Positions 18,702 to 27,512 of a DNA stretch of 58,085 nt are shown piece after piece (position 1 is the stretch's first letter; each line of letters begins with the position of its first letter). The DNA is from a virus (taxonomy: Duplodnaviria > Caudoviricetes): IMG/VR virus record IMGVR_UViG_3300043398_000262, positions 1 through 58,085 of that record; one strand, written 5' to 3'. The notes below the pieces were generated by a model. The model saw only the letters and a list, made by a program, of their open reading frames with translations. It was not told the origin of the DNA and searched no databases. Position numbers and translations under genes: made by a program.

Positions 18702-20618
18702 ATGGCCCAAAATGAAATCTGGCATCAGCGAGCCAAAAACGATGCGCACGTCGGCGTTTTTCAGGCCATTCGCTACATAGCGACCCAGCAGTCAGAGCAG
18801 CGCGAAGATGTGCTGCATTACATGTCACTTTACAGCGCAGGCAATATTAGTGGACTAGGCGACGGTATTTCGGCCATTGCCGACCAGCTCGCTGAGTATA
18901 TGTATCGTGCCGACCATTCCACACGGTTCAATCTGTGTGCGGCAGTTGTCGACACGGCTTGTAGCCTGATTGCCCAGTCGCCGGTTGTCCCGATGGTGCT
19001 CACGACCATGGGCGACTTCGGCTTGATTCGCAAGGCTGAGCGGCGTACGCAAGTTCTCCAAGGCCAGTTGAACCGTGACCGGCAAGAAATCATCAAGCGT
19101 GTCTTCTTGGACGCGGCCAAGACTGGTACCGGGCTGGTATTCGGCTACCACGACCCGTTGACGGGGCTGCCCGAAATCGAACGCGTCCACATGCTGGAGA
19201 TGTTCGTTGAGCACCTGGACGGAGCGTACGGCAAGCCCAGGTCCATGCACCGTCGGAAGCTGGTGCCCAAGGCCGTTCTGGCTGGTCAGTTCCCCAAGTA
19301 CGCCACTCAGATTGAGATGGCTGCTTGCGTCGAACATGACAGCATTACCGACTTCTTGCTGGCCAACGTTACCGGTGACTTCCACGATTTCGTTGAGGTT
19401 GTCGAGTCCTGGTGCCTGAGGACTTCTCGCAAGGGCTCCAAGGGTCGCCACACAATTTGTATACCCAACTTAACGCTGCTCGACGAATCGTATCAACACG
19501 ACAAGCATCCGTTCGTCGTCATTCGCTACCGCGACCGCGACTTCGGCTTCTGGGGCGCTGGGCTGGTTGAGAGCGTTCGCTATGCCCAGAATCGCATCAA
19601 TGACTTGATTGCTCGTGTGTCGCGTGCCCAGGATTTGGGCTCGACGATGGTTATCCTGAACCCCAACGGCGAGAACTCGGTTCGCAAGGAAGAGTTCAGC
19701 AACGACCTGGGGCTGGTGCTGAATTACGACCCGTTGGTTGGCCCCCCGCAGCTGGTGACCTGGAATGGCACCATGGACGATTTGCAGCAGCAAATTGACC
19801 TGGAGTACCAGCGCGCGCTGCTGGTCGAGGGACTATCCCAGGAGCAGGTAAACGGCCAGGGCGCAGGGCGCGGCCTTGAGAGTGGCGTCGCTGTGCGCGC
19901 CGCTGATGACGTCCAGAGTCGCCGGCTGGTGCCGTATGTCTCGCGATACCAACAGGGGTGCCTGGAGATTGCCCGCCTGTTCGAGCGGCTGAACGACGAT
20001 GCTGCGGCTCGTGACCCAGATTTCAGTATCATGGGCGAGTCCAAAGCTGGAGCGCGCACGTTCTTGCGTACCTCTAAGTGGGCTGACCTAGATATTCCGG
20101 TTGGCCATGCTAACGTCACTATGTCCCAGATGTCGGCACTACCGACTACACCTGCAGGACGTTGGGCTGCCGCGATTGACTGGGTCCAAAGTGGCTTCAT
20201 TTCAAAGACTTACGCGCTTGATTTGATGGGTATGCCTGATATCGACACGTACGCCGCTATCGAGAATGCGCACATCGACCTGGCTAAATGGCAGGTAGAA
20301 CGCATTCTGGATGGCGAGATGGTCGAGCCGATTCCACGGCAGGACTTGACTGTCGCCATGGATTTAGCGACACGTAGTGAACTCCAGGCAATGGTGATGG
20401 GAGCAGCCCCAGAAGTTATTGACGGGTTTGAAGCGTTCTTGACCTATTGCCAGCAAATGCTAGATAAAGCAACGGCGCAAGCAGCACCGCCCGCTCCTAC
20501 AGGCCCTACACCGACTCCAGTAGCAGGTGGCGCGCCAATGCCGGAACTCGCTCCGGCTATGCAGATGGCCCCGCCTCCACAGGGCACCCAGGCGCTGGGT
20601 CTCTCACCCAACCTTTAG
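18702..20618 (+). CDS. Portal protein
   Basis: 638 aa at the start of the head module; HPFV..RY....FWG.GLVE, ESGVA; Pro/Gln-rich tail as in podovirus portals. Confidence 0.8.
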   Translation: MAQNEIWHQRAKNDAHVGVFQAIRYIATQQSEQREDVLHYMSLYSAGNISGLGDGISAIADQLAEYMYRADHSTRFNLCAAVVDTACSLIAQSPVVPMVLTTMGDFGLIRKAERRTQVLQGQLNRDRQEIIKRVFLDAAKTGTGLVFGYHDPLTGLPEIERVHMLEMFVEHLDGAYGKPRSMHRRKLVPKAVLAGQFPKYATQIEMAACVEHDSITDFLLANVTGDFHDFVEVVESWCLRTSRKGSKGRHTICIPNLTLLDESYQHDKHPFVVIRYRDRDFGFWGAGLVESVRYAQNRINDLIARVSRAQDLGSTMVILNPNGENSVRKEEFSNDLGLVLNYDPLVGPPQLVTWNGTMDDLQQQIDLEYQRALLVEGLSQEQVNGQGAGRGLESGVAVRAADDVQSRRLVPYVSRYQQGCLEIARLFERLNDDAAARDPDFSIMGESKAGARTFLRTSKWADLDIPVGHANVTMSQMSALPTTPAGRWAAAIDWVQSGFISKTYALDLMGMPDIDTYAAIENAHIDLAKWQVERILDGEMVEPIPRQDLTVAMDLATRSELQAMVMGAAPEVIDGFEAFLTYCQQMLDKATAQAAPPAPTGPTPTPVAGGAPMPELAPAMQMAPPPQGTQALGLSPNL

Positions 20619-21357
20619 TAGCCAGGTCTTCGCGAAATACTTCGACAGGACGCCCAGCCCAAGGCGCCAATAGGACTATAAAGTGGTCCTGCTTAGAGGT
20701 ATTGCAGGTCATACACATTGGCTGGATATTGGCTATCCAGTTAGTACCGCCGTGCTTCAAAGGGACGACGTGGTCTACGGTAGCCTTGCGCTTGCCGTCG
20801 ATATCGTCGACAGTACCGGAATCATGCAGCGGTACCCCACACTGAGGGCACTGCCAGCAGTATTTCTCCAGACAAGCAAGCCACTCTGCACCAGAAAACG
20901 AGCCATCGGCGGAACGCACTCTAGCCTTCCTGGCCACCTGGAGCGCCCTAATTTTCTCAGGATACTTCTCTGCGTAGACGCGAGCACGCTTATTATGGAG
21001 CTCTTTCAACGTCGGGTCATTCGCTTTACGTAGACGTCTTGTCTCGTTATCGCGAGCAAGTTTCGCTGTGCGTATTTCTGGGTTCTCTGCTTGGCGCTTC
21101 TTCACGGCCTTGCGTTGTCTCTCGTTACGTCTCGCTCGAGCAACAGGGTCAGTTTGCTGATGTTCTCTATATCTATCGCACTGCTCGTAATGCTTCGCCC
21201 TATTTTCAGGCTTAGCCATCCACTTCTCTCGTGCTTTTGCCGCAGAAGCATTGTGGCTAGCTCGGCCCTTTGGCGTATTGCGCCAAGCCTTAGAAGTTTC
21301 CCTTTTAGTGCAATTTTTGCACGTGCCGCAAAGGCAACTTGGTTTCTTTCCACCCAT
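20557..21357 (-). CDS. HNH endonuclease
   Basis: CPQCG...TVDHVVPL.HGG.N...NIQPMC..CN.SK. Confidence 0.88.
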   Translation of the reverse strand: MGGKKPSCLCGTCKNCTKRETSKAWRNTPKGRASHNASAAKAREKWMAKPENRAKHYEQCDRYREHQQTDPVARARRNERQRKAVKKRQAENPEIRTAKLARDNETRRLRKANDPTLKELHNKRARVYAEKYPEKIRALQVARKARVRSADGSFSGAEWLACLEKYCWQCPQCGVPLHDSGTVDDIDGKRKATVDHVVPLKHGGTNWIANIQPMCMTCNTSKQDHFIVLLAPWAGRPVEVFREDLATKGWVRDPAPGCPVEAGPSA

Positions 21358-21392
21358 AGACCCATTCTAGTGGCTGGACCGTCAACTTTCAA
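21358..21392 (-). promoter_or_regulatory. Sigma70-like promoter, leaderless, for the HNH gene
   Basis: TTGAAA-17-TAGAAT-6 nt-ATG(21357). Confidence 0.6.
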
Positions 21393-21452
21393 GTCATGAC
21401 ACCTTGGTGTTGTCGGGCAACCGACTGAGCCAAGCATGGAGATTTATTACAA

Positions 21453-22616
21453 ATGACGACTGAAGCAGCGGCACCAGCCGCAGAAGCCACTGAAGCGCCC
21501 CAGGCCAAGACGAGCACCGACGACGCAAAGCCCGCGAAGTCTGAGTCAAAGGAAGAGCGCAAGGCCGCTACCAAGAACAAGTTGCGTGAGTATCTGGCCA
21601 ACAAGGCAGCTGCCGAAGAGGCAGAAGCCGACGACTTCGGCAACGATGAACCGCCTGCAAAGCAGCCCTCCAAAAAGGAGCCAGCCAAGGCCAAAGCCGA
21701 AGCTAAGCCTACAGCAAAGACGACTGCCAAGGAAGAGTCCGCTCCTACCAAGGCTGCCGAGCGTGCCGAGGCCAAGGTAGACAAGATTGAAGAGTTGGGC
21801 GGTGATGCTCCCGACCAGAAAAAGAACGAATCGGACAGCCAGTACGACATTCGATTGGCCAAGACGCTGCGTGACTTGCGTGACGCCAAGGCCGAGGCCC
21901 TGAAGGCGACCAAGGAAGCCGCACAGTTCCAAGGCGAGGCCCGCAAGCTCCAAAAGATTCTGGACGAGGGCAAGGCCAACCCGCTGAAGGTTCTTGAGCA
22001 CCTAGGCATTACCTATGAGGACTTGACCAAGGGCATCGTAGAGGAAAAGTACAAGCCGGCACACAAGCGCAACGACTTGCCACCAGAGATTCTCGAAAAG
22101 ATTGAGCGGCTGGAAGCCAAGGAGAAGGAACGCGAAGCCGAGGCTGTTCGAGCTTCCGCCCAGGCCCAGCGGTCCCAGCACGTCAGCGCCGTACAGAAGT
22201 ACATCGATGACAATAGCGAGGACTACCCGCTCGCTGCTACGATGAAGTGGGTTGCCGAAGACGTTGTCGCACGCGGCTATGCCACTGGCGGCGAGTTTGA
22301 CGCGCTGCCGATTCTGCAGGAGCTGGAAAGCAACCTTGCGGCCAACGTCGGCACGTTGCTGGGGTCTGACAAGGCCACCAAGGCGCTGCTGAAGAAGAAT
22401 CCGGCGCTGAAAAAGGCACTAGAAGCCGCTATGGGGCTAGAGGCAGCAGCCAAGAAGCGTGAAGAGGAAGACGAAGAGCTGCCGATTTCGGTTGCTATGA
22501 CGTCAACCGAGGCGCCCACTAGGACTAAGTTGTCGCGGGCCGAAATGAAGGCGCGGCTAGCTGCTGACCTGAAGCGGCGCAATGCCGAGCAGCTGGACTC
22601 GGACGACGAGGACTAG
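21453..22616 (+). CDS. Capsid scaffolding protein
   Basis: Highly charged, A/E/K-rich coiled-coil protein between portal and capsid; GGAG RBS. Confidence 0.7.
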   Translation: MTTEAAAPAAEATEAPQAKTSTDDAKPAKSESKEERKAATKNKLREYLANKAAAEEAEADDFGNDEPPAKQPSKKEPAKAKAEAKPTAKTTAKEESAPTKAAERAEAKVDKIEELGGDAPDQKKNESDSQYDIRLAKTLRDLRDAKAEALKATKEAAQFQGEARKLQKILDEGKANPLKVLEHLGITYEDLTKGIVEEKYKPAHKRNDLPPEILEKIERLEAKEKEREAEAVRASAQAQRSQHVSAVQKYIDDNSEDYPLAATMKWVAEDVVARGYATGGEFDALPILQELESNLAANVGTLLGSDKATKALLKKNPALKKALEAAMGLEAAAKKREEEDEELPISVAMTSTEAPTRTKLSRAEMKARLAADLKRRNAEQLDSDDED

Positions 22617-23545
22617 AGCAGCCCACCTGTGCTGAAAACGTCCACGTCTCGGCTGTAGCGGGCTAGCATCGCAATCGACTTGTGCCCAGTGGTTTTCTGG
22701 ACGTCGATTACGCTGCGGCCCGCCTGTAGAGCAGCCGTGACCATGCCAGCTCGCAACGAGTGACCGCTGAAGCAGTCGACATCCAAGCCGACTGACAACG
22801 CTGCTCGCTTGACGATTCGGGCAATATCGCGCCCATCGATTCGGCTGCCGATGTTGCCGTGCCTGTCAATGCTGCGAAACAGCGGGCCGTAGCTAAGTCC
22901 GCTGACGCTCAGCCAGGCGTTGACTGCCGATACTGGGCACGTCTCGGGCGCCCCGAAACTGACGCCGATTTTGCGACCTTCGCCGGTTTGGTCAGTTTTC
23001 GACCTACGAACGGTAGTGACAATTCCTTGGGTTGTGAACTGCAAGTCCGACACGTCCAGGGCTGCCAACTCCGAGCGCCGGAACGCACCCGCCCACCCCA
23101 GCAGTAGGATGGCCCTGTCGCGGACGCTGGCGTGAGACACCATTGCCTTGAGCTGGTCTATGCTGATTGGCGATTTCTGGGTCTGGGCGGTTCCGTGGGT
23201 GCGCTTGACGCCCTTGAAGACTTCACGCACTACGTTGGCGCCTCTGGGAGACACGTAGCCGGCAATCTCGTGCATCTGGCTGATAGCTGCCAGTGCCTGG
23301 GCCAGGGTGGCGGGTTTGCGGCCCTCAGAGGCGCGAGCTGCCAGATACAATGCCACGGTCTCAGGAGCCGCCGGTAGCGGCACTAGATTCTGGGTGCAGC
23401 ACCAGTCGGCAAAGAATGCCCACTGCTTGCTGTACGCCAGCCGGGTGTTGCTGCTACGGGCTGCGGCTGCATAGGCGGCTGCTTGGCGTCCTACTAGCTC
23501 CAGATTCTCTAGAGTTGCTGCTGAGTGCTGGATGGCTTCGGTCAT
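22613..23545 (-). CDS. Tyrosine recombinase, Cre-like
   Basis: RDRAILLLGWAGAFRRSEL, RSKTDQ, GHSLRAG, TGHKS, RY: full R-K-H-R-H-Y set. Start moved to ATG 23545, behind TTGCGT-18-TACTCT. Confidence 0.9.
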   Translation of the reverse strand: MTEAIQHSAATLENLELVGRQAAAYAAAARSSNTRLAYSKQWAFFADWCCTQNLVPLPAAPETVALYLAARASEGRKPATLAQALAAISQMHEIAGYVSPRGANVVREVFKGVKRTHGTAQTQKSPISIDQLKAMVSHASVRDRAILLLGWAGAFRRSELAALDVSDLQFTTQGIVTTVRRSKTDQTGEGRKIGVSFGAPETCPVSAVNAWLSVSGLSYGPLFRSIDRHGNIGSRIDGRDIARIVKRAALSVGLDVDCFSGHSLRAGMVTAALQAGRSVIDVQKTTGHKSIAMLARYSRDVDVFSTGGLL

Positions 23546-23772
23546 ATACCCAGAGTACGTCCGGACCGTCAGCAGACGCAACTGCTAGTTTTATTTCTGC
23601 CGACTAACTGCAGGCGACGAGAGCAAGTCCTGGTAGGCCACTAGGGCAGTCAAGCGCAGCGAAACGCACACGAGCAAAGCAGTGAGCCCTATGCCTGGCA
23701 GGCGAGCAAAGAAGCGCCAGGGAGACACATCCCAAACGTTTCTACCTCTCAAAACTAGGACATAGACACACA

Positions 23773-25002
23773 ATGGCTAACTCAACTACCAGTACTCTCG
23801 ATTACCTCTATAAGCGTCTTTACGCCAAGGGACTCGACAAGGACATCCTTGAGTCCGGTAACCAGCTTCTCAAGTGGGTGACCAAGGACACGAAGTTCGC
23901 GTCTTCCCAGGGCAAGGTCATTCCGGTTCCGCACACGAACCAGCAGGGCATCGGCAGCACGCACGCTACGGCGGCGACTGCGGCGCGTCCTGGCAAGGGC
24001 GTGGCGTTCCTGGTGACCCAGTCCAAAATGGTGAACAATATCCCGATTGACGGCGATGTGGTCCAGAACGCACAGAACGGCGGCGACGAGGCCCAGTTCA
24101 TCGACGCGTTCATGTTCGAGATTGATGGCGCGACGAAAAATTTCGGTCAGGAACTTAACCAACGCCTGTACGGAGACGTGCTTGGTGGTCGTGCGCTGGT
24201 TCACGCCTCGACGGCGCCCAGCACGACCACGCTGACGCTGGCCAACCCCAGCGACACGCAGTTCTTCGAAATCGGCATGCTTGTGTCGGCGTACGACACG
24301 GCTGCCGGAACCATCCGCAACGCCGGCGCGTCGGTAGAAATCACGGGCGTCAACCCCGTGGCTGGCACGCTGACGGGCTCGACTAGCTGGACCACGACCA
24401 TCGCCGCACTGGCAGTGGGCGACACGCTGGTTCGCGCCAACATGTTCAACGCCTCCATCAGCGGTCTCCGCGGTTGGGTGCCCACGACGGTTGCTGGTGG
24501 CGACTCGTTCTTTGGCGTGAACCGCAGCGTGTACCGTGAGCGTCTTGCTGGCGTGTATTACGATGCGAGCGGCTATAACGTCCGTTCAGGCTTCATCAAC
24601 GCGTTCGCGTTTGCTGAGACCCAGCTGTCGGACGTGACCAGCGGCGAGGCGCCCATCTTCATGCACCCGCTCAACGCTGCGCAGCTTGTGCAGTCGGTTG
24701 AGGGCGTCAAGGTGGTCGATATCAAGCTGACCAACGAGTACAATGTCGGCCTGGATGCAATCCAGGTTCTCGGCCGTACCATCGTCAAGGACCGTCACTG
24801 CCCCGTCAACAATGCATTTATCGTGCCCAAGGGCGCGTTCACGTTGGGCACGGCGGGCAAGTACGACCTTGAGACCAAATCTGGCACGAAATTTTTCTTC
24901 GATCCAGATGTCGGCACTGTCAAGGCGTCGATTCTTATGCTCGGTAACGGCTACTCGACCCAGGTGAACCGTCTTATGCGGTTCGCGCTTCCGACGGTCT
25001 GA
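23773..25002 (+). CDS. Major capsid protein
   Basis: 409 aa after the scaffold; strongly biased codon usage; AGGA RBS; followed by a terminator. Confidence 0.8.
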   Translation: MANSTTSTLDYLYKRLYAKGLDKDILESGNQLLKWVTKDTKFASSQGKVIPVPHTNQQGIGSTHATAATAARPGKGVAFLVTQSKMVNNIPIDGDVVQNAQNGGDEAQFIDAFMFEIDGATKNFGQELNQRLYGDVLGGRALVHASTAPSTTTLTLANPSDTQFFEIGMLVSAYDTAAGTIRNAGASVEITGVNPVAGTLTGSTSWTTTIAALAVGDTLVRANMFNASISGLRGWVPTTVAGGDSFFGVNRSVYRERLAGVYYDASGYNVRSGFINAFAFAETQLSDVTSGEAPIFMHPLNAAQLVQSVEGVKVVDIKLTNEYNVGLDAIQVLGRTIVKDRHCPVNNAFIVPKGAFTLGTAGKYDLETKSGTKFFFDPDVGTVKASILMLGNGYSTQVNRLMRFALPTV

Positions 25003-25022
25003 GCTAACTAGCATCTGAAAGA

Positions 25023-25061
25023 GCGGCCTCCTGCTTGATGGCGGGAGGCCGTTTTGCTTTT
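25023..25061 (+). terminator. Rho-independent terminator after the capsid gene
   Basis: gcggcctcctgc-ttgatg-gcgggaggccgt followed by tttgctttt. Confidence 0.8.
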
Positions 25062-25145
25062 GGGCCGACTACTCGACTAGTTAGCTAGTTTGTCTACCGG
25101 TGCCGCCATTTTCGGCGCGCATGAACACGGAAGGCTACGCTAAAA

Positions 25146-25520
25146 ATGATTGAGAATTACGCACTCTCGCCCATCAAGGGCTACGGCTTTGGGAATCTCG
25201 TCGCTGCCGTCCGGTTCGTGCCGGGCGCCACGCCGACCATCCAGGAGTCCTGGGGCGTCAAGACGGTTGCCCGCAACGGCGGCGCAGGACTGTACCGAAT
25301 CACGCTGGCTGACAAGCCGCCGGGACTCGTGGCGCTGGCCGGCTACAGCGAGAACGATACGACATTGTTCCACTTTGTGCGTGTCGAGGCATTCAGCGCC
25401 GCGAACGGTACCGTAGACATCAGTCACAAGTCGGTGGCGTTCGCGTCCATCGCTTCTGGCCCCACTGCCAGCGATACGGTCGATGACTTGACCGTGTTCG
25501 TGTATAGCCGAGGCCAGTAA
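25146..25520 (+). CDS. Virion structural/decoration protein
   Basis: Beta-rich 124 aa (VARNGGAGLYRITL) directly after the capsid gene, with similar codon bias. Confidence 0.55.
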   Translation: MIENYALSPIKGYGFGNLVAAVRFVPGATPTIQESWGVKTVARNGGAGLYRITLADKPPGLVALAGYSENDTTLFHFVRVEAFSAANGTVDISHKSVAFASIASGPTASDTVDDLTVFVYSRGQ

Positions 25521-25810
25521 TGGCGTTCGGTGGCAAGAAGCCGGGCGGCAAGGGTCCGGCACTGGTGATTTCCGTTGGCCCCTCCAAGGGCCACTCGGAG
25601 CCGCCTATGGGTGACGCGATGGAAGGTGACGATACTGAGTCCATGGACCCTGGTATCGAGGCCTCCAAGGCGTTCATCGCGGCAGTCAAGTCCGGTAGCC
25701 CCGAGGGTGTCTGGGAAGCCTTCCAGGAGCTCCTGGCGAATGCTGACAGCGAAGGCGACCCTCTGGAAGAGCCCACGGACGACTTCGCACCCGACGAAGA
25801 CGCAATCTAG
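25520..25810 (+). CDS. Acidic hypothetical protein
   Basis: 96 aa, TAATG-coupled. Confidence 0.55.
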   Translation: MAFGGKKPGGKGPALVISVGPSKGHSEPPMGDAMEGDDTESMDPGIEASKAFIAAVKSGSPEGVWEAFQELLANADSEGDPLEEPTDDFAPDEDAI

Positions 25811-25846
25811 TTGCACTAACCAGCGCTTGTTTGTACAGTCTAGGGC

Positions 25847-26497
25847 ATGACTAAGTGCTCTGTGACAAATTGCGCTAACAAGCGCTGGGCTCGCGGGCTC
25901 TGCAGTGGACACCTAGCCAGGCTCAAGAAAGGGCTGTCGCTAGACACCCCGCTCGCTACAAAAAGACGATTTCCCGACCCAGCCGAGTTTATCGACGGTG
26001 TTTGGCGCATTCCTTTAGATAAAGGCAGGTGCGTACTTGTCGATGAACAAGACACGCACCTGGCTAAGCACTTTTGGTACGTGCACGGAAAACCAGGCAA
26101 CGAATACGCGGCTCGGAAAGAAGCCAGACGAACCGTTCTGCTACACCGCGAGATAACGAACGTCGCAAATGATGCGTTAGTCGACCACATAAACGGAGAC
26201 GCATTTGATTGTCGCAGAGCCAACTTAAGAATCTGCTCGCACGCGGAAAACACACGGAATGCGAAACTAAGTCGAGCAAACACATCAGGCTTCAAAGGTG
26301 TGTATTTCCACAAACCCAAAAACAAGAAAGGGTCTTGGGCATTTACTGTTCGTGTCAACGGCAAACAGGTCACGAAGACGGGGTTTGAATCCGCTGCAGC
26401 AGCCGACGCAGCTAGACGGCCTGTAATTGAGCGCCTGCACGCAAATTTTGCGAACCACGGGGATGGCTGTGTCATGGGCTCTAGAGCAGCCAAATAG
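25847..26497 (+). CDS. HNH-AP2 homing endonuclease
   Basis: LHREI...VDHINGDAFDCRRANLR...N....SGFKGV; own promoter TTGCAC-17-TACAGT-7-ATG. Confidence 0.88.
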   Translation: MTKCSVTNCANKRWARGLCSGHLARLKKGLSLDTPLATKRRFPDPAEFIDGVWRIPLDKGRCVLVDEQDTHLAKHFWYVHGKPGNEYAARKEARRTVLLHREITNVANDALVDHINGDAFDCRRANLRICSHAENTRNAKLSRANTSGFKGVYFHKPKNKKGSWAFTVRVNGKQVTKTGFESAAAADAARRPVIERLHANFANHGDGCVMGSRAAK

Positions 26498-26514
26498 GCT
26501 AGTGTGCTGAGTAG

Positions 26515-27207
26515 ATGGCCACCGTATTTAGTATAGACAACATCGTCTCGGATGTGGCGCGTAGGTGTAATATACCTACTATCACTTCTAGTACGAATAC
26601 GACTACATCCCAGATTACGTTCTGGATTTGTCAGTCAGCGCGGTCCCTTAGTGCCTTGTTTCGCCAAAAGCATTGCGAAGACAACGACTTAGTGACGTCA
26701 GCCACGCTGACGACCATTCCCGATTTCGAGCTAGTGAGCCTGCCTGCAGATACAGGAGAAATACACGCGCTCATCTGGCAGAAAAGCTCTACCGACTACC
26801 GACTACTGATGCCTTCATCACTAGATGACCTGGAAGACGGTATTGCGCCGACGACGGCTTGGGATTGCGCTCCTACATACCGTCTAGAGGGCAACACCAT
26901 CCGGTTCACGCCTGCCAGCACCGAGGCCGAGACGCTGACGTTGCTGTATACGAACCACATGAACTTGGACGGTGAAACCAACTTCCAGAGTCGGCTTGAC
27001 GCTGACTTGTGGATTACGTTGACGGTATGCGAGCGCGTTCTTGGCGCCAAGGGCCGTGACTACAGCGCCATTTCGGCTGAAAAGCAGCTGCTCGAATTGA
27101 ATCTATTTAGCCCTGCGCGTCGCCGTGACGCCTATGGGCCCAGTACCATCCGGGACACCCGTCAGCGAGCGCGCAACCACACATACCGCAACTACTGGCG
27201 GTACTGA
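26515..27207 (+). CDS. Head-tail adaptor (P22 gp4/T7 gp11-like position)
   Basis: Size and position after the head genes; LPAD...P.YRL.GN.I.F.P pattern. Confidence 0.55.
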   Translation: MATVFSIDNIVSDVARRCNIPTITSSTNTTTSQITFWICQSARSLSALFRQKHCEDNDLVTSATLTTIPDFELVSLPADTGEIHALIWQKSSTDYRLLMPSSLDDLEDGIAPTTAWDCAPTYRLEGNTIRFTPASTEAETLTLLYTNHMNLDGETNFQSRLDADLWITLTVCERVLGAKGRDYSAISAEKQLLELNLFSPARRRDAYGPSTIRDTRQRARNHTYRNYWRY

Positions 27208-27512
27208 TGGATACGCTGGCCGAGCTGCTTCGGCGCCTAAGCATGAGCCTGGCTGACTTGGCCGCGCTGGTGCAACGGGTCAACCAGAACGCCCTCACCA
27301 AGTACAACTTGGTTACCGTCACCATTCCAGCCGGTGAAACAACCGCTATGGCCTACCATGGCCTGGGGCACTCACACAACGGTGCGACCATTGTTGCCTG
27401 TAACGTACCGGTCACAGCTTGCGTTGACGTAGCGGAAGACAGCTTGCGCATTGAAGTGACGCTAGCTAGCGTGCAACTGGTTGACGTTACTCTGAAGGTT
27501 TTGGTGTTCTAA
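27207..27512 (+). CDS. Small tail-associated protein
   Basis: HGLG motif typical of small virion/tail proteins; coupled to neighbours. Confidence 0.5.
   Translation: MDTLAELLRRLSMSLADLAALVQRVNQNALTKYNLVTVTIPAGETTAMAYHGLGHSHNGATIVACNVPVTACVDVAEDSLRIEVTLASVQLVDVTLKVLVF

Noticed and set aside
21389-22582. Long antisense ORFs over the scaffold gene (and similar ones over portal, capsid, ejection and polymerase genes)
   Set aside because: Shadow ORFs expected from codon bias in GC-rich DNA; low-complexity Ser/Ala/Leu-rich translations
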